In this document: one piece after another, positions 28,959-38,799 of the stretch
How the letters are laid out: the number at the start of each line of letters is the position of its first letter
How positions within the stretch are numbered: position 1 is the first letter of the stretch
Source: Planctomycetota bacterium
GTDB lineage: Bacteria > Planctomycetota > UBA8108 > UBA1146
Length of the DNA stretch: 64,000 nt
Assembly: GCA_036338595.1 (NCBI GenBank)
Contig: JAYZBV010000077.1
Coordinates: 11,319-75,318 of the forward strand
Direction of reading: 5' to 3'
Notes under the pieces: generated by a model
Database searches by the model: none
What the model was told of the DNA's origin: nothing
Seen by the model: only the letters and a program-made list of their open reading frames with translations
Translations under genes and position numbers: made by a program

Positions 28959-29885
28959 TTACCAGCCTCGGACCTGGAGTCGTTCATCCTCGGGAAGTTT
29001 GGTGGCATCCATTCCCTGCATCGCTTTTGGAAGTCCGCTCGAAGCCTCTGCCAGTTCGACCGCGTCATCGAAATGTGCAGTGGCATGGACGATGGCTGTA
29101 GCAGTCCGTATTGGTTCCTCGGATTTGAATATTCCAGAACCGACAAAGACTGCCTCGGCACCGAGTCGCATCACGAGGGCTGCGTCTGCGGGCGTGGCGA
29201 TCCCTCCTGCGGCGAAGTTGGGGACAGGCAGTCTGCCCTCCTTGGCGACCTGGCACACCAGCGAGTAGGGGGCGGCCAGATCCTTTGCAATGCTCATCAA
29301 TTCCTCGGGACTGGCCTGGGTGATGGCCCGAATCTGGCTGCGGATCAATCTCAGATGCCTGACCGCTTCGGTCACATCACCGGTGCCCGCCTCGCCCTTG
29401 GTACGAAGCATGGCAGCTCCTTCTGCGATGCGGCGTAGCGCCTCACCGAGATTAGTGGCTCCGCAGACAAAAGGCACCTGGAAGCGGCTCTTGTCGATGT
29501 GGTGGGCATGGTCTGCAGGGGTCAGAACTTCCGATTCGTCGATGAAATCGACTTCCAGTGCCTGCAAGATCTCGCCCTCGACGAAGTGGCCGATTCTCGC
29601 CTTGGCCATGACGGGGATCGAAACCGTTTCCTGGATCTCTCGAACCTTGTCCACAGGTGACATCCGAGCGACGCCTCCGTCTCTGCGAATGTCAGAGGGA
29701 ACCCGTTCGAGTGCCATGACGGCAACGGCTCCTGCCTCCTGTGCTGTCCTTGCCTGATCCGCAGTGGTGACATCCATGATGACGCCGCCTCGCAGCATCT
29801 CGGCGAGGCCGACCTTTGTGCGAAACTCATCATCGGACCCGTTGGCTCTCAACGGAGTGGTGGACTGATCGTTCAAGGCTTCCAT
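28959..29885 (-). CDS. pdxS: Pyridoxal 5'-phosphate synthase lyase subunit
   Basis: [50 protein letters not shown] and RGW C-terminus. Start is probably ATG 29885. Confidence 0.97.
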   Translation of the reverse strand: MEALNDQSTTPLRANGSDDEFRTKVGLAEMLRGGVIMDVTTADQARTAQEAGAVAVMALERVPSDIRRDGGVARMSPVDKVREIQETVSIPVMAKARIGHFVEGEILQALEVDFIDESEVLTPADHAHHIDKSRFQVPFVCGATNLGEALRRIAEGAAMLRTKGEAGTGDVTEAVRHLRLIRSQIRAITQASPEELMSIAKDLAAPYSLVCQVAKEGRLPVPNFAAGGIATPADAALVMRLGAEAVFVGSGIFKSEEPIRTATAIVHATAHFDDAVELAEASSGLPKAMQGMDATKLPEDERLQVRGW

Positions 29886-30350
29886 CCTCTCTCTCGATGC
29901 AAAGGGTGCGGTGCACCCCCGCAGGCGGAACCCGATATTGCCTCTTCTGCGGTGCAGATGCGAGTGGATCGAGGCCCAGAGAGGCCCTTTCCGAGCCACC
30001 GGGTAGCCGTTATTCTGATGCCAGAACTGCCGGGAATATGGCGAAGATCAGAGGTGCCTGGGAAAGACTCCGGAAATCCCGGAGAAGGGGACCGATATGA
30101 GGCAGACTCCCGGATCCAGTGGCATGTGCTGCTGGATCATCGTCGACAACTCAATTTGTTCGGGGATTCCTTGGTTGAGGTTCGACTGGCCAGGTCCTGA
30201 TGGCTGTCGATTTGCCTCGCTGGGTTCTGTACACCGAGCCAGAAGACCGAAGGAAAAACCCCGACGATGATGCCGAGTTGCTGTTATTCCGCACATGAAG
30301 TCCAGCGCGCCAGGACAGAGACGGTTCGCCTCGCCGGGCCCTCTCCCAGG

Positions 30351-31706
30351 ATGAGGACTCTGACCCTGGCTTCCCTTTCATCACTGGTATTGCTGATCGG
30401 TGGATGGGGACAGGACAATTTGCAAGCGCAGATCTTCGAGCGCGCTCTCGTGCTCGAGGGAGTCCATCTACCCGCACCGGACGGAACGGTGCAGGAAAAT
30501 GCCAACATCATCCTGAGGGGCGGTCGGATCGCCGAGATGGGGCCCGATGCGGATGCTCCAATGATGTCCCGCAAGATGAAGGTCAAGGGGCTCTTTGCCA
30601 CCGCAGGGATGACGGATCTCTTCTCTACCCTGACCCTGGATGCGGTGAGCTCGGCAAGCGCTGTTCATAGTGCATGGGATGGATTCGACCGATACGACTC
30701 GGAACGGATCATGCAGGTGCTCTCAAATGGCGTGACGAGGGTTCACCTGGTTCCGATGGGTGCCGGTGGAATCGTTGGACGTGCCTGTTCTGTTTCTCTC
30801 GGTGAAAGAGAAGGCGGCGGCCATGGGAATCTCGATGCTGAGGATGTTGCGCTCTGTATCGATCTGGATACCGGAACTCCACTGCAAAAGATCCGAACCT
30901 TTGAAAAGGTGAGATCAGCATTCCTTGCTGCGGAGCGTCGCCGCGACGCCTTCGATGATTACTCCAGTGATCTGGAGGAGTACATCAAGGAACTCTCCGA
31001 AGCCGCCAAGAAGAAGGCAGAATCAGAGGGCAAGGAAGAGAAGGGCGACGACAAGAAATCCGACGATGAGGAAGAGAAGGATAAGGAAAAGGACAAGGAT
31101 AAGGACAAGGAAGAGGAGAAGGGGCCCGAGAAACCCGGTAGACCTGAGCGCAATCCCGCCTCCGATATCCTGCTTCAGGCTCTGGACCATGAGTTGCCGG
31201 TGATGATCACTGCCCGAAGGAGCCAGGATTTGCAAAATGCCCTCGACCTGATCGAGGAGTTCGGTTTTATCGCCACGATTCAGGGAGCGGACGAGGCTCA
31301 CCTGATGCTGGAGGCACTGCAAGAGATGGATCATCTGTCGATCCTGCTCGATGTGCCGCGAACTCCGCTCGAGCGGGGCTCTGCTCCTCGTCAGGATGCT
31401 GCACTGATCTCGAGGCTCGAGGATTCGGGGATCGAATGGTCAGTGGCCAGTGGCGGCGAAAGTACATCTCTCTGGAGGTCGATCCAGATGATCGCCGGGC
31501 AAGCCGACGGAACCTCTCCACTTCAACTCGCTCTCGCTCAGGGGGCTCGAGGCCGGGGGGCTGGATGGCTTCGTCGGGGTAGTTCGGAAGTGGTTCTCTG
31601 GGACAAGAATCCGGTGCTGGATCCGCTCGCAAGACCTCAGCGTGTGATCATCGATGGTACCGTCGTCTGGCAGCGGCCGGCCGGCACCCGGGAAGGTAGT
31701 TTTTGA
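30351..31706 (+). CDS. Secreted amidohydrolase-fold protein 1 (metal ligands absent)
   Basis: Signal peptide; IILRGGRIAEMG, AGMTDLFSTL (no HxH), NGVT, acidic/Lys-rich insert, RVIIDG. ORF is open from 30267. Confidence 0.75.
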   Translation: MRTLTLASLSSLVLLIGGWGQDNLQAQIFERALVLEGVHLPAPDGTVQENANIILRGGRIAEMGPDADAPMMSRKMKVKGLFATAGMTDLFSTLTLDAVSSASAVHSAWDGFDRYDSERIMQVLSNGVTRVHLVPMGAGGIVGRACSVSLGEREGGGHGNLDAEDVALCIDLDTGTPLQKIRTFEKVRSAFLAAERRRDAFDDYSSDLEEYIKELSEAAKKKAESEGKEEKGDDKKSDDEEEKDKEKDKDKDKEEEKGPEKPGRPERNPASDILLQALDHELPVMITARRSQDLQNALDLIEEFGFIATIQGADEAHLMLEALQEMDHLSILLDVPRTPLERGSAPRQDAALISRLEDSGIEWSVASGGESTSLWRSIQMIAGQADGTSPLQLALAQGARGRGAGWLRRGSSEVVLWDKNPVLDPLARPQRVIIDGTVVWQRPAGTREGSF

Positions 31707-32860
31707 TGAGAACTCGCCTTCAACGCGGAACCCTGCTGATCAGTAGGCTTGCCATGGTCGGATTTTTACTGCTCGGCCCATTGCTGCTGGCAGCGTCGAT
31801 GGCTGATGACGGTACTTTCGTGATCTCTCCCGTCGGAGTCGTGGGCCCCGATGGAAGTATCTGTCAGCAGATGGCGGTGGTCATCGAGCCTGACGGCACC
31901 ATCGCCGCAGTCATTCCAGCGGATCAGGCAGATCCGAAACTCTCCACCTTCGCCGCCGCATCAGGGGCGGTACTCACGCCGGGCTTACACGATCTGCTCG
32001 GATCTCTGGGTGCCAGGGGTTCCCTGACAGCAGGAACGGTTCTCATCGATAATGAACTGGCTGCTGCGGATGCGTTCGACCCGACAGATCCGGAACTGGA
32101 TCGAGCAGCGAAACATGGTGTGCTCTACAGCACCATCGCTGCACTTCCCGCCGGCGTGCTCAACGGCACCACCGCCACTTTCATCTGCCGAAGCTCCATC
32201 GAAGCCACATCTGTGGCCGCCGGAAAACCATGCTTCGCACTGTCGGGAACCGTTCTCAATTCGTCACGTGAGCCGACCAGCCGCTCGGCGATGGTCTCGA
32301 TCTGGAAGGACTGGCTCAAAAGCGGCGACTCCGCACTTCAGAGCCCCGGAATTCTCTTCTGCCCCGATGCCATCGATCTGCGCCAGACGCTGTCGCTCGG
32401 GTGGAAGTCATTGCCAGTGCTGGTCCACTCCGGAGATGCGAGATCTCCCGTCGGGAGGCTCGCAGGCCGGGATGCGATGATGGTGGTGGGCCCCTTCCTC
32501 GAAGGGGGAGATCCGGCAGTGGTGTCGACCGCGATCCGGGCAGCTCGCACCGGAACGGAGCTCGCCTTCAAGGGTGCCTTCGGTGGAGGTCCTGCAGATC
32601 AACTACGAGGTAGTGCCGCGATAGCCGTGTCCGCAGGACTCGACGGCGATGCAGCCAGACGAGCACTTTTCTCCAACCCTGCCCGGGTCGCCGGTTGCAG
32701 CGGTGTGGGAGTCATCGAGCCCGGGGCTCGCGCAGATCTGGTGCTGTTCTCCACCGACCCACTCGATCCAGGAGCGAAAGTGCTTCAGGTGTGGATCGGA
32801 GGAGTCCAGATGCGCTCGGAGCCCACCGGACACATCCGGCCACTGAAAGGAATCCGATGA
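31706..32860 (+). CDS. Secreted amidohydrolase-fold protein 2 (metal ligands mostly absent)
   Basis: LTPGLHDLLGSL, NPARVAG, GVIEPGARADLVLF..DP and VWIGG; TGATG overlap with gene 1. Confidence 0.78.
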   Translation: MRTRLQRGTLLISRLAMVGFLLLGPLLLAASMADDGTFVISPVGVVGPDGSICQQMAVVIEPDGTIAAVIPADQADPKLSTFAAASGAVLTPGLHDLLGSLGARGSLTAGTVLIDNELAAADAFDPTDPELDRAAKHGVLYSTIAALPAGVLNGTTATFICRSSIEATSVAAGKPCFALSGTVLNSSREPTSRSAMVSIWKDWLKSGDSALQSPGILFCPDAIDLRQTLSLGWKSLPVLVHSGDARSPVGRLAGRDAMMVVGPFLEGGDPAVVSTAIRAARTGTELAFKGAFGGGPADQLRGSAAIAVSAGLDGDAARRALFSNPARVAGCSGVGVIEPGARADLVLFSTDPLDPGAKVLQVWIGGVQMRSEPTGHIRPLKGIR

Positions 32861-34437
32861 AGAAGCAAACCCCGACGAGACAGCCCTCTGGATTCTTCAT
32901 TCCAACTTCGATGGCATGGCTGCTGGCTGTGGTGCTGACCGTGTCGCTGGCTCCTGCAACGAGCGCCGCGGTTGTGGCGGGAGATGCCGAGAAATCGGAA
33001 GTGGAACTGGTCAAGGATGTGACCATCCGTGCAGAGCGTGCGCATATCGGAGATGGACAGATCGTCGAGGACGCTCTGATCGTCATCAAGGATGGCATCA
33101 TCCAGAGTATCGTCAGCGGTGGTGAGGCCGAGTCGGAGGAAAATGTACTGGTCGTCTCTGACATCACACCTGGACTGATCGACGCCAACGCCAGGATCGA
33201 TGTCGCCGATGCGCTTTATTTCCCGGGAGAGGACCCCAGGCTGCAGATTCTCCGGGTGATGGGTCTGGAAGAACATTTCCACGGCGGGGATGTCTGTCCC
33301 TGTGGCACGGTTTGCCCCGCCATGACTTCCCATATCGCCGACGAGATGTGCCTTTACTGCGGTTGGCCCGATCACGACCCTCACCCTCATGATCCAGGCG
33401 ATGAAATCGCTGCGGATGCAATTGCGGGTGATCGAGCGGCTGGAGTGCCCGCTCCCAGTGGAGTCGTCAATGAACAATCGAGTGAGGTCGTGCCTCACTT
33501 CGAGGTGCTCGATGCGATCGATCAGGGGTCGGATGATTTCGACCGATTACTCGAAGAGGGAGTGACGACCATCTATGTCAGCCCCGACTCCTCGGCGGTG
33601 ATTGGAGGCAGGGGGTCCCTGATGAAGACAGGTGGACCCATTGGAGCCAGATACCTGGGAGCCGGTGCGGTCAAGGGTGTCCTTGGAAGCGATGCCTATC
33701 GATACGGTTCGCGTAACCGCAGCCCATTTCGCACGCTGGTCTCCGTCTACACCAGACGCCCCGATTCCCGGATGGGAGTGACATGGGTGTTTCGCAAGGC
33801 GTTCCACGATGCGTTCCTGCGCGCCAGTGGTGTGCAACCCAGCGGCGCGGATACATCCAGTCCCAGTGCCTCGAGAGTGCTCTCGCAGGTTCTCGCGGGC
33901 GAGGTGCCACTGCGGATCCAGGCTCGTACAGCGCCTGATATAGAAACTGCTTTCAGACTGTGCGACGAATTCGGCCTGGATTTTGTACTCGAGGATCCTG
34001 TCGAGGCGTGGAAGCGAGTCGACCTGCTCTCGGAGAGTGGCGTCGATGTCGTGTTCGGGCCGGTTTTTGATGTTCCGAGCGGAATTCTGGCAGGCACCAG
34101 TGAGAGCAGGGGTGCACGTCTGCACACGCTACGTGATCTGGTTTCATCCGGAGTTTCCGTGTCGCTGAGCGCTCAGGACCTCAGAGGTGAGGAGGGGCTC
34201 TCCCGTCAGGTGATGCTGGCGATCCGACATGGAGTCGATCCTGCGATGGCCTTGAAACTGGTGACGCAAAATCCAGCCCGGTTGCTCGGGATCGATGCCC
34301 AGGTGGGAACCATCGAAGCTGGAAAAAGAGCTGACCTGGTCATCTGGAGTGGCACACCCTTCTCCTCTCTGTCACAGATAGAAAAGGTCTACCACGAAGG
34401 TGTGATCTCTTTCATCCGAGGCGGAGCCAATAAATGA
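32857..34437 (+). CDS. Secreted amidohydrolase-fold protein 3 with a Cys/His-rich insert (metal ligands absent)
   Basis: ITPGLIDANARI, EGVTT, NPARLLG and GTIEAGKRADLVIW; ATGA overlap. Confidence 0.8.
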   Translation: MKKQTPTRQPSGFFIPTSMAWLLAVVLTVSLAPATSAAVVAGDAEKSEVELVKDVTIRAERAHIGDGQIVEDALIVIKDGIIQSIVSGGEAESEENVLVVSDITPGLIDANARIDVADALYFPGEDPRLQILRVMGLEEHFHGGDVCPCGTVCPAMTSHIADEMCLYCGWPDHDPHPHDPGDEIAADAIAGDRAAGVPAPSGVVNEQSSEVVPHFEVLDAIDQGSDDFDRLLEEGVTTIYVSPDSSAVIGGRGSLMKTGGPIGARYLGAGAVKGVLGSDAYRYGSRNRSPFRTLVSVYTRRPDSRMGVTWVFRKAFHDAFLRASGVQPSGADTSSPSASRVLSQVLAGEVPLRIQARTAPDIETAFRLCDEFGLDFVLEDPVEAWKRVDLLSESGVDVVFGPVFDVPSGILAGTSESRGARLHTLRDLVSSGVSVSLSAQDLRGEEGLSRQVMLAIRHGVDPAMALKLVTQNPARLLGIDAQVGTIEAGKRADLVIWSGTPFSSLSQIEKVYHEGVISFIRGGANK

Positions 34438-36065
34438 AATCGAGAGTCCCCGGAGGCGAGGAGCCGATGTTTTCGATGAACTTCAATAATTTACGCCCAC
34501 TACCATGGGTCATCGTCACGGTGTTGTTCCTGATGACAACACCGATGGCGCAGGCGAATGGAAACAAGGTTGCTTTCACAGGAGGGACGGTGTTGACCGT
34601 CTCCGGACCTGTCATCGAGGGGGGAGTGATCCTCGTTGAAGACGGCATCATCACTGCAGTCGGCGAAGGGGACACGGAGATTCCCTACGATGCGATGGAA
34701 GTCGACTGCACCGGCATGATCCTGGCTCCTGGATTTGTCGACCCTCACAGTGCGGATGGCCTCGACATTCCCAATGAGAACCTTCCGAAGGCGCCATTTG
34801 TCGACGTCTTCGATGCCATCGATCCATCCAGGTTCTTCTTCGAGGATTCGCTTCGAAATGGTGTCACGACGATTCACGTCATGCAGGGCAACAACTGCGT
34901 TGTCGGTGGTGTCAGTCGCATCGTGCATCCGATCGGACTCTCTCCACATGAGATGTCACGCCAGGCTGGTGTGGCCATGAAACTCTCGACATCTCCTCGA
35001 CAGGGTTACGATCGATTGAGGCAACTCGCAGAGTTGCGCGAGGTGTTCTCGGAATACGACCGCTGGAGAGAGAATCTTGCAGAGAAGCGATTCGAGCAGG
35101 AGGCGAAAAAAGACGACGATCTGGAGCCCTTGCCCCCCGAGGAGGCGCGCCAGAAGGGGGAGGAGTTGATCCGTGATGAAGATCTGGATGATCAGCACCG
35201 CAATCTCGCCCACCTCGTCGATGGACGTCTGGGAGCGTGGATATATTGTGGATCGGCCTCGGATGTGGCTCCTGCGCTGGCCCTCATCTCCGATAGAGGG
35301 TGGCAGAAGAACTCGGTGCTGGTGCTGGGAGGAGATGCCCACCTGGCGGTGAGCGAGATCGATGACTCCAACCTTGCCGTGATCCTCGATGCGGATCTGG
35401 TGTACAGAAAAAGGGACCCCATCCACGGCGAACTGATCGAGACCTTCATCCCGGATATCTACCGCGGTGCAGGGGTGAAATTTGCCATCCAGCCTTCCAG
35501 GACCGGATCGATGCCGGAGAGATTCCTCGGCTACCAGGCAGCTCGCCTGGTCCGCTCGGGAGTGTCTCCAGAAGATGCGTTGCGCATCGTCACTCTCGGT
35601 GCTGCGGAGATCTGTGGCGTCGCGGATCGCTATGGATCGATCGAGGTCGGCAAGGTCGGCAATCTTGTGATGTGGACCGGTGACCCCCTCGATCTGACAT
35701 CCTGGGTCCAGAAGGTCTGGGTCGAGGGCATCCTCGCCTATGATCGTGAAAAGGATGCCAGGCTGGAGAGGCTCTTCCCGGAAGCTGCCGAGGAACCGGA
35801 ACCTCCCGCTCCCCTCGATGATGCCGAAACCTCTGAAGAGGATGGAGATGGCGACTCCGCTGCAGAAGACGGGGATCAGCCGAAGGGTGACGAGGCCGCT
35901 GATCCTCAGCCCTTGAAGGAAAAGTCGACCGAGAAGGACAAGAAAGAGGCTCCCGACAAGAAGCCCGTCCCTCCGGACGACAAGCCGGATGACAAGCCGG
36001 ACGACAAGCCGGACGACAAGCCGGACGACAAGCCGGACGACAAGCCGACGGTCGGAGAGGTCTAG
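34434..36065 (+). CDS. Secreted amidohydrolase-fold protein 4 with an acidic repetitive tail
   Basis: LAPGFVDPHSAD (one His), NGVTT and GSIEVGKVGNLVMWTGDP; ATGA overlap; alternative start at 34467. Confidence 0.8.
   Translation: MKSRVPGGEEPMFSMNFNNLRPLPWVIVTVLFLMTTPMAQANGNKVAFTGGTVLTVSGPVIEGGVILVEDGIITAVGEGDTEIPYDAMEVDCTGMILAPGFVDPHSADGLDIPNENLPKAPFVDVFDAIDPSRFFFEDSLRNGVTTIHVMQGNNCVVGGVSRIVHPIGLSPHEMSRQAGVAMKLSTSPRQGYDRLRQLAELREVFSEYDRWRENLAEKRFEQEAKKDDDLEPLPPEEARQKGEELIRDEDLDDQHRNLAHLVDGRLGAWIYCGSASDVAPALALISDRGWQKNSVLVLGGDAHLAVSEIDDSNLAVILDADLVYRKRDPIHGELIETFIPDIYRGAGVKFAIQPSRTGSMPERFLGYQAARLVRSGVSPEDALRIVTLGAAEICGVADRYGSIEVGKVGNLVMWTGDPLDLTSWVQKVWVEGILAYDREKDARLERLFPEAAEEPEPPAPLDDAETSEEDGDGDSAAEDGDQPKGDEAADPQPLKEKSTEKDKKEAPDKKPVPPDDKPDDKPDDKPDDKPDDKPDDKPTVGEV
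35973..36044 (+). repeat. 12-bp coding tandem repeat (CCGGA[C/T]GACAAG) x6 encoding (PDDK)6
   Basis: Six consecutive units read directly from the sequence. Confidence 0.95.
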
Positions 36066-36066
36066 A

Positions 36067-38799
36067 ATGCGATTTCCGCTGATCCTGATCGGGATCCTGA
36101 CACTGTCATGCGCCCAGCCGGCGGGTGCGCAGAGCGCAGGGGATGACTTCGTGCTCCGTGCAGGTACCGTCCACACGGGGATTCGAGAGATTCCCGATGG
36201 AGCGATCGTGGTCCGCGATGGCAAGGTGGTCGCATCCGCCGCATGGTCGGAACTGCAGGACGATGCCAGTCTCGATCAACTTCCGCTGGTCCACTGGCCC
36301 GATGCCTATGTCACTCCCGGTCTCGTTGCCGCAGCGAGTGGATTGGTCCCTGCGCACTCATCGCCTGAGAGCATCTCCGCTGCTTTCAGAGCCTCGGATG
36401 GGTTCGATCGTTACGGCGACTACCGCCCGCTGTTGAAGACCGGGGTCACCACCGTCCACCTGAGTCCGGGAGAACATCGCCTCGTCAGCGGCCAGGGTGC
36501 TGTGGTCAAACTGGTCGGGGACGCCGACGACCGGATCATCAAATCGAGCTCTGATCTCTCCCTTTCGCTCACCGACGATGTGGATGGTCCGGGTGCTCTT
36601 CTCAAGATTCCATTTCCAGCCTCCAGCGATGTGGCGATCACTGCGCCGGTTCCACAGCGGCCTCGAAGTCGCATCGGCCGTCTGTTGGCTCTCGGTGAGG
36701 CGATCGAGAAATCGACCGAGGATGCTGCAGCCCACGGCGAACTGGCCCAGGCCTGGCAATCGGGATTGCCCCTGAGAGTGGCCGCTCGCAGAGCACCGGA
36801 GATCCTCGCAGCGATCTCCTTCATCCGCGGCAAGGGACGAGAAGGATACATCGTGGGGGGAACAGAGATCGCCGAAGTCTCTCCAGCGCTGGCTGCTGCG
36901 GGAATCCCTCTGGTCCTTCGCATCCAGCTGGTCGGTGGAGATGTGGGATTTTCAGCGAGGGAGCCGATCGAGGGCCTGACCCACTGGCCCGATCTGGGAA
37001 GCGAAGGACTGCTGGCTCTTGCTCCTCCCGATAACGATCTGGCGCTGCTGCGATGGGCGCTGGTGGAAGCAGCCTCACACATGAAGAACCCCGGGGATTC
37101 CATCGCACTGGTGACACACAATGCCGCTCGCATCCTCGGAGTCGAGGATCGTGTGGGAAGTCTGCAAGCGGGTGCAGATGCGGACATCGTGGTCTGGAAC
37201 GAAGCACCGTGGAACATCAGTGCGCACCCACTTGAAGTGGTTGCCGGGGGCAGGAGCGCCTGGCAGCCGCAGGACAGTTCCGCAACGGTGATTCGCGCCG
37301 AAACGATCTGGCTCTCCCCCGAGGTTGCGATCGCTGATGGCGAGATCCTCCTCGAGGATGGAAAGATCGCATCGGTGGGTCGAAGAGTTCCGCACCCTCC
37401 CCATTCAAAGGTGGTCGATGCGGGGCCGGGCAGTTTTGTCGTTCCTGGTTTCATCGACAGTTTCGGTCATCTCGGATTGCGAGGTGATTCTGGAGCTGCG
37501 GGTACAGGGGATCGCCTTTACAGACTGATCGGATCCGCGGATGAACCGGAACACCGGGTAGCGCGTGCGGGTGTAACTTCACAGTTGCTGACTCCGAAGC
37601 GGTTGCAGCGTGGTGCTGCCACTGCAGTGATGGTCAAAACTGCGGGCCGGAGCAGAGCAGATCGTGTTGCCCGGCCAGTGTCTGCGTTGCTGCTGGAAGC
37701 GAGTGGCCATCCGGATGAAGCTCTCGGTGGAATCACGCGATTGCTCGGGCAGGGCCAGAAATACCTCGATTCCTGGAAGAAGTACGAAAAGGAACTTGCA
37801 GAGTGGGAAGAAAAGAAGGCCGCGGGTGAAACGATCGAAGCCAAGGAAGAGGTAGAGGAAGAGGTGGTGGAAGAAGGGGGGCCGGACCCACTCACCGGGA
37901 TCTGGGAATTGACCATCTCTGGCGGCCCACTTCCTGATGCCGAGACGGTTTCGATTTCGATTCAACTCGAAGGAGACAAGTTCGAGGGTCGAATCGTGGA
38001 GCCTATTCCTCCCATTCCGGTGCGGGTGGTGGGAACCCTCTCCGGGACCACCATCGAAGCGACCATCGAGATCGAAGATGGAGTGATTCCAGATACTCCC
38101 AAGATCGAAGCAGAACTGACCGGAGAAGACGCCCTGTCGGGAACCATCTCGGTGATGCAATTCTCTGCGGATGTAATGGGTACTCGCACCAGCAAGGAAG
38201 CCAAGACTTTCAAGGTGGAGCGGCGCAAGAAACGAGACGATGACGGTCGTCCCAATCCGCCAAAGGTCAATCTGGCGATGGAGCCGGTCCGAGATGTACT
38301 CGAGAAGAAAATTCCAGTGGTGGTGACTCCCAGCGGTCTGGAAGTCGCAGCAAAGGTCATCGAGTTCTTCTCGAAAAAGAAGATCCCCTTGACCCTCAGG
38401 CTCGGTCCCGAGATGCGACACTACGGTGATCTTCTGTCGAAAGAATCGGTTTCGGTGATTCTTCCGAAGCAGGTGTCCTATACCGTCAATAGAGAAGAAT
38501 TCGTCCCCGCTACCTTTCTCAGTCGCGCAGGAATCAATGTGGCCTTCCAGAGTCAGGCTTCCGATGGAGCGCGTGCCCTACCCCAGCAGGCTTTGCAGGC
38601 GGTAGAGAGGGGCATGGGAGCCGACGATGCTTTGTATGCACTGACCCGAGGAGCCGCTGAAGCGCTGGGAGCTCAAGATCGAGTCGGATCGATCGAGAAG
38701 GGCCTCGACGCAGACCTGTTGATCTGGAATGGACATCCCCTCGAGGCGGGTAGCACTCTGCAGAGGGTATTCATCGATGGAGAGGAGGTCCCGAGATGA
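36067..38799 (+). CDS. Secreted protein 5 with two tandem amidohydrolase-fold domains (both degenerate)
   Basis: Domain 1: VTPGLVAAASGL...TGVTT...GSLQAGADADIVVW. Domain 2: VVPGFIDSFGHL...AGVTS...GSIEKGLDADLLIW. Signal peptide from ATG 36067. Confidence 0.8.
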   Translation: MRFPLILIGILTLSCAQPAGAQSAGDDFVLRAGTVHTGIREIPDGAIVVRDGKVVASAAWSELQDDASLDQLPLVHWPDAYVTPGLVAAASGLVPAHSSPESISAAFRASDGFDRYGDYRPLLKTGVTTVHLSPGEHRLVSGQGAVVKLVGDADDRIIKSSSDLSLSLTDDVDGPGALLKIPFPASSDVAITAPVPQRPRSRIGRLLALGEAIEKSTEDAAAHGELAQAWQSGLPLRVAARRAPEILAAISFIRGKGREGYIVGGTEIAEVSPALAAAGIPLVLRIQLVGGDVGFSAREPIEGLTHWPDLGSEGLLALAPPDNDLALLRWALVEAASHMKNPGDSIALVTHNAARILGVEDRVGSLQAGADADIVVWNEAPWNISAHPLEVVAGGRSAWQPQDSSATVIRAETIWLSPEVAIADGEILLEDGKIASVGRRVPHPPHSKVVDAGPGSFVVPGFIDSFGHLGLRGDSGAAGTGDRLYRLIGSADEPEHRVARAGVTSQLLTPKRLQRGAATAVMVKTAGRSRADRVARPVSALLLEASGHPDEALGGITRLLGQGQKYLDSWKKYEKELAEWEEKKAAGETIEAKEEVEEEVVEEGGPDPLTGIWELTISGGPLPDAETVSISIQLEGDKFEGRIVEPIPPIPVRVVGTLSGTTIEATIEIEDGVIPDTPKIEAELTGEDALSGTISVMQFSADVMGTRTSKEAKTFKVERRKKRDDDGRPNPPKVNLAMEPVRDVLEKKIPVVVTPSGLEVAAKVIEFFSKKKIPLTLRLGPEMRHYGDLLSKESVSVILPKQVSYTVNREEFVPATFLSRAGINVAFQSQASDGARALPQQALQAVERGMGADDALYALTRGAAEALGAQDRVGSIEKGLDADLLIWNGHPLEAGSTLQRVFIDGEEVPR

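Noticed and set aside
30120..30136. Possible sigma-54 promoter (TGGCATGTGCTGC) upstream of the amidohydrolase operon
   Set aside because: The GG to GC spacing does not match the -24/-12 consensus.
29886..30350. Long intergenic regions (also 2433-2734 and 26015-26304) as possible tRNA, riboswitch or ncRNA
   Set aside because: I could not recognise a cloverleaf or known aptamer by eye. An Infernal/Rfam scan would be needed to exclude one.
35973..36044. Tandem repeat as a possible CRISPR array
   Set aside because: The 12-bp units are contiguous with no spacers, in frame within a CDS, and no cas genes are present.
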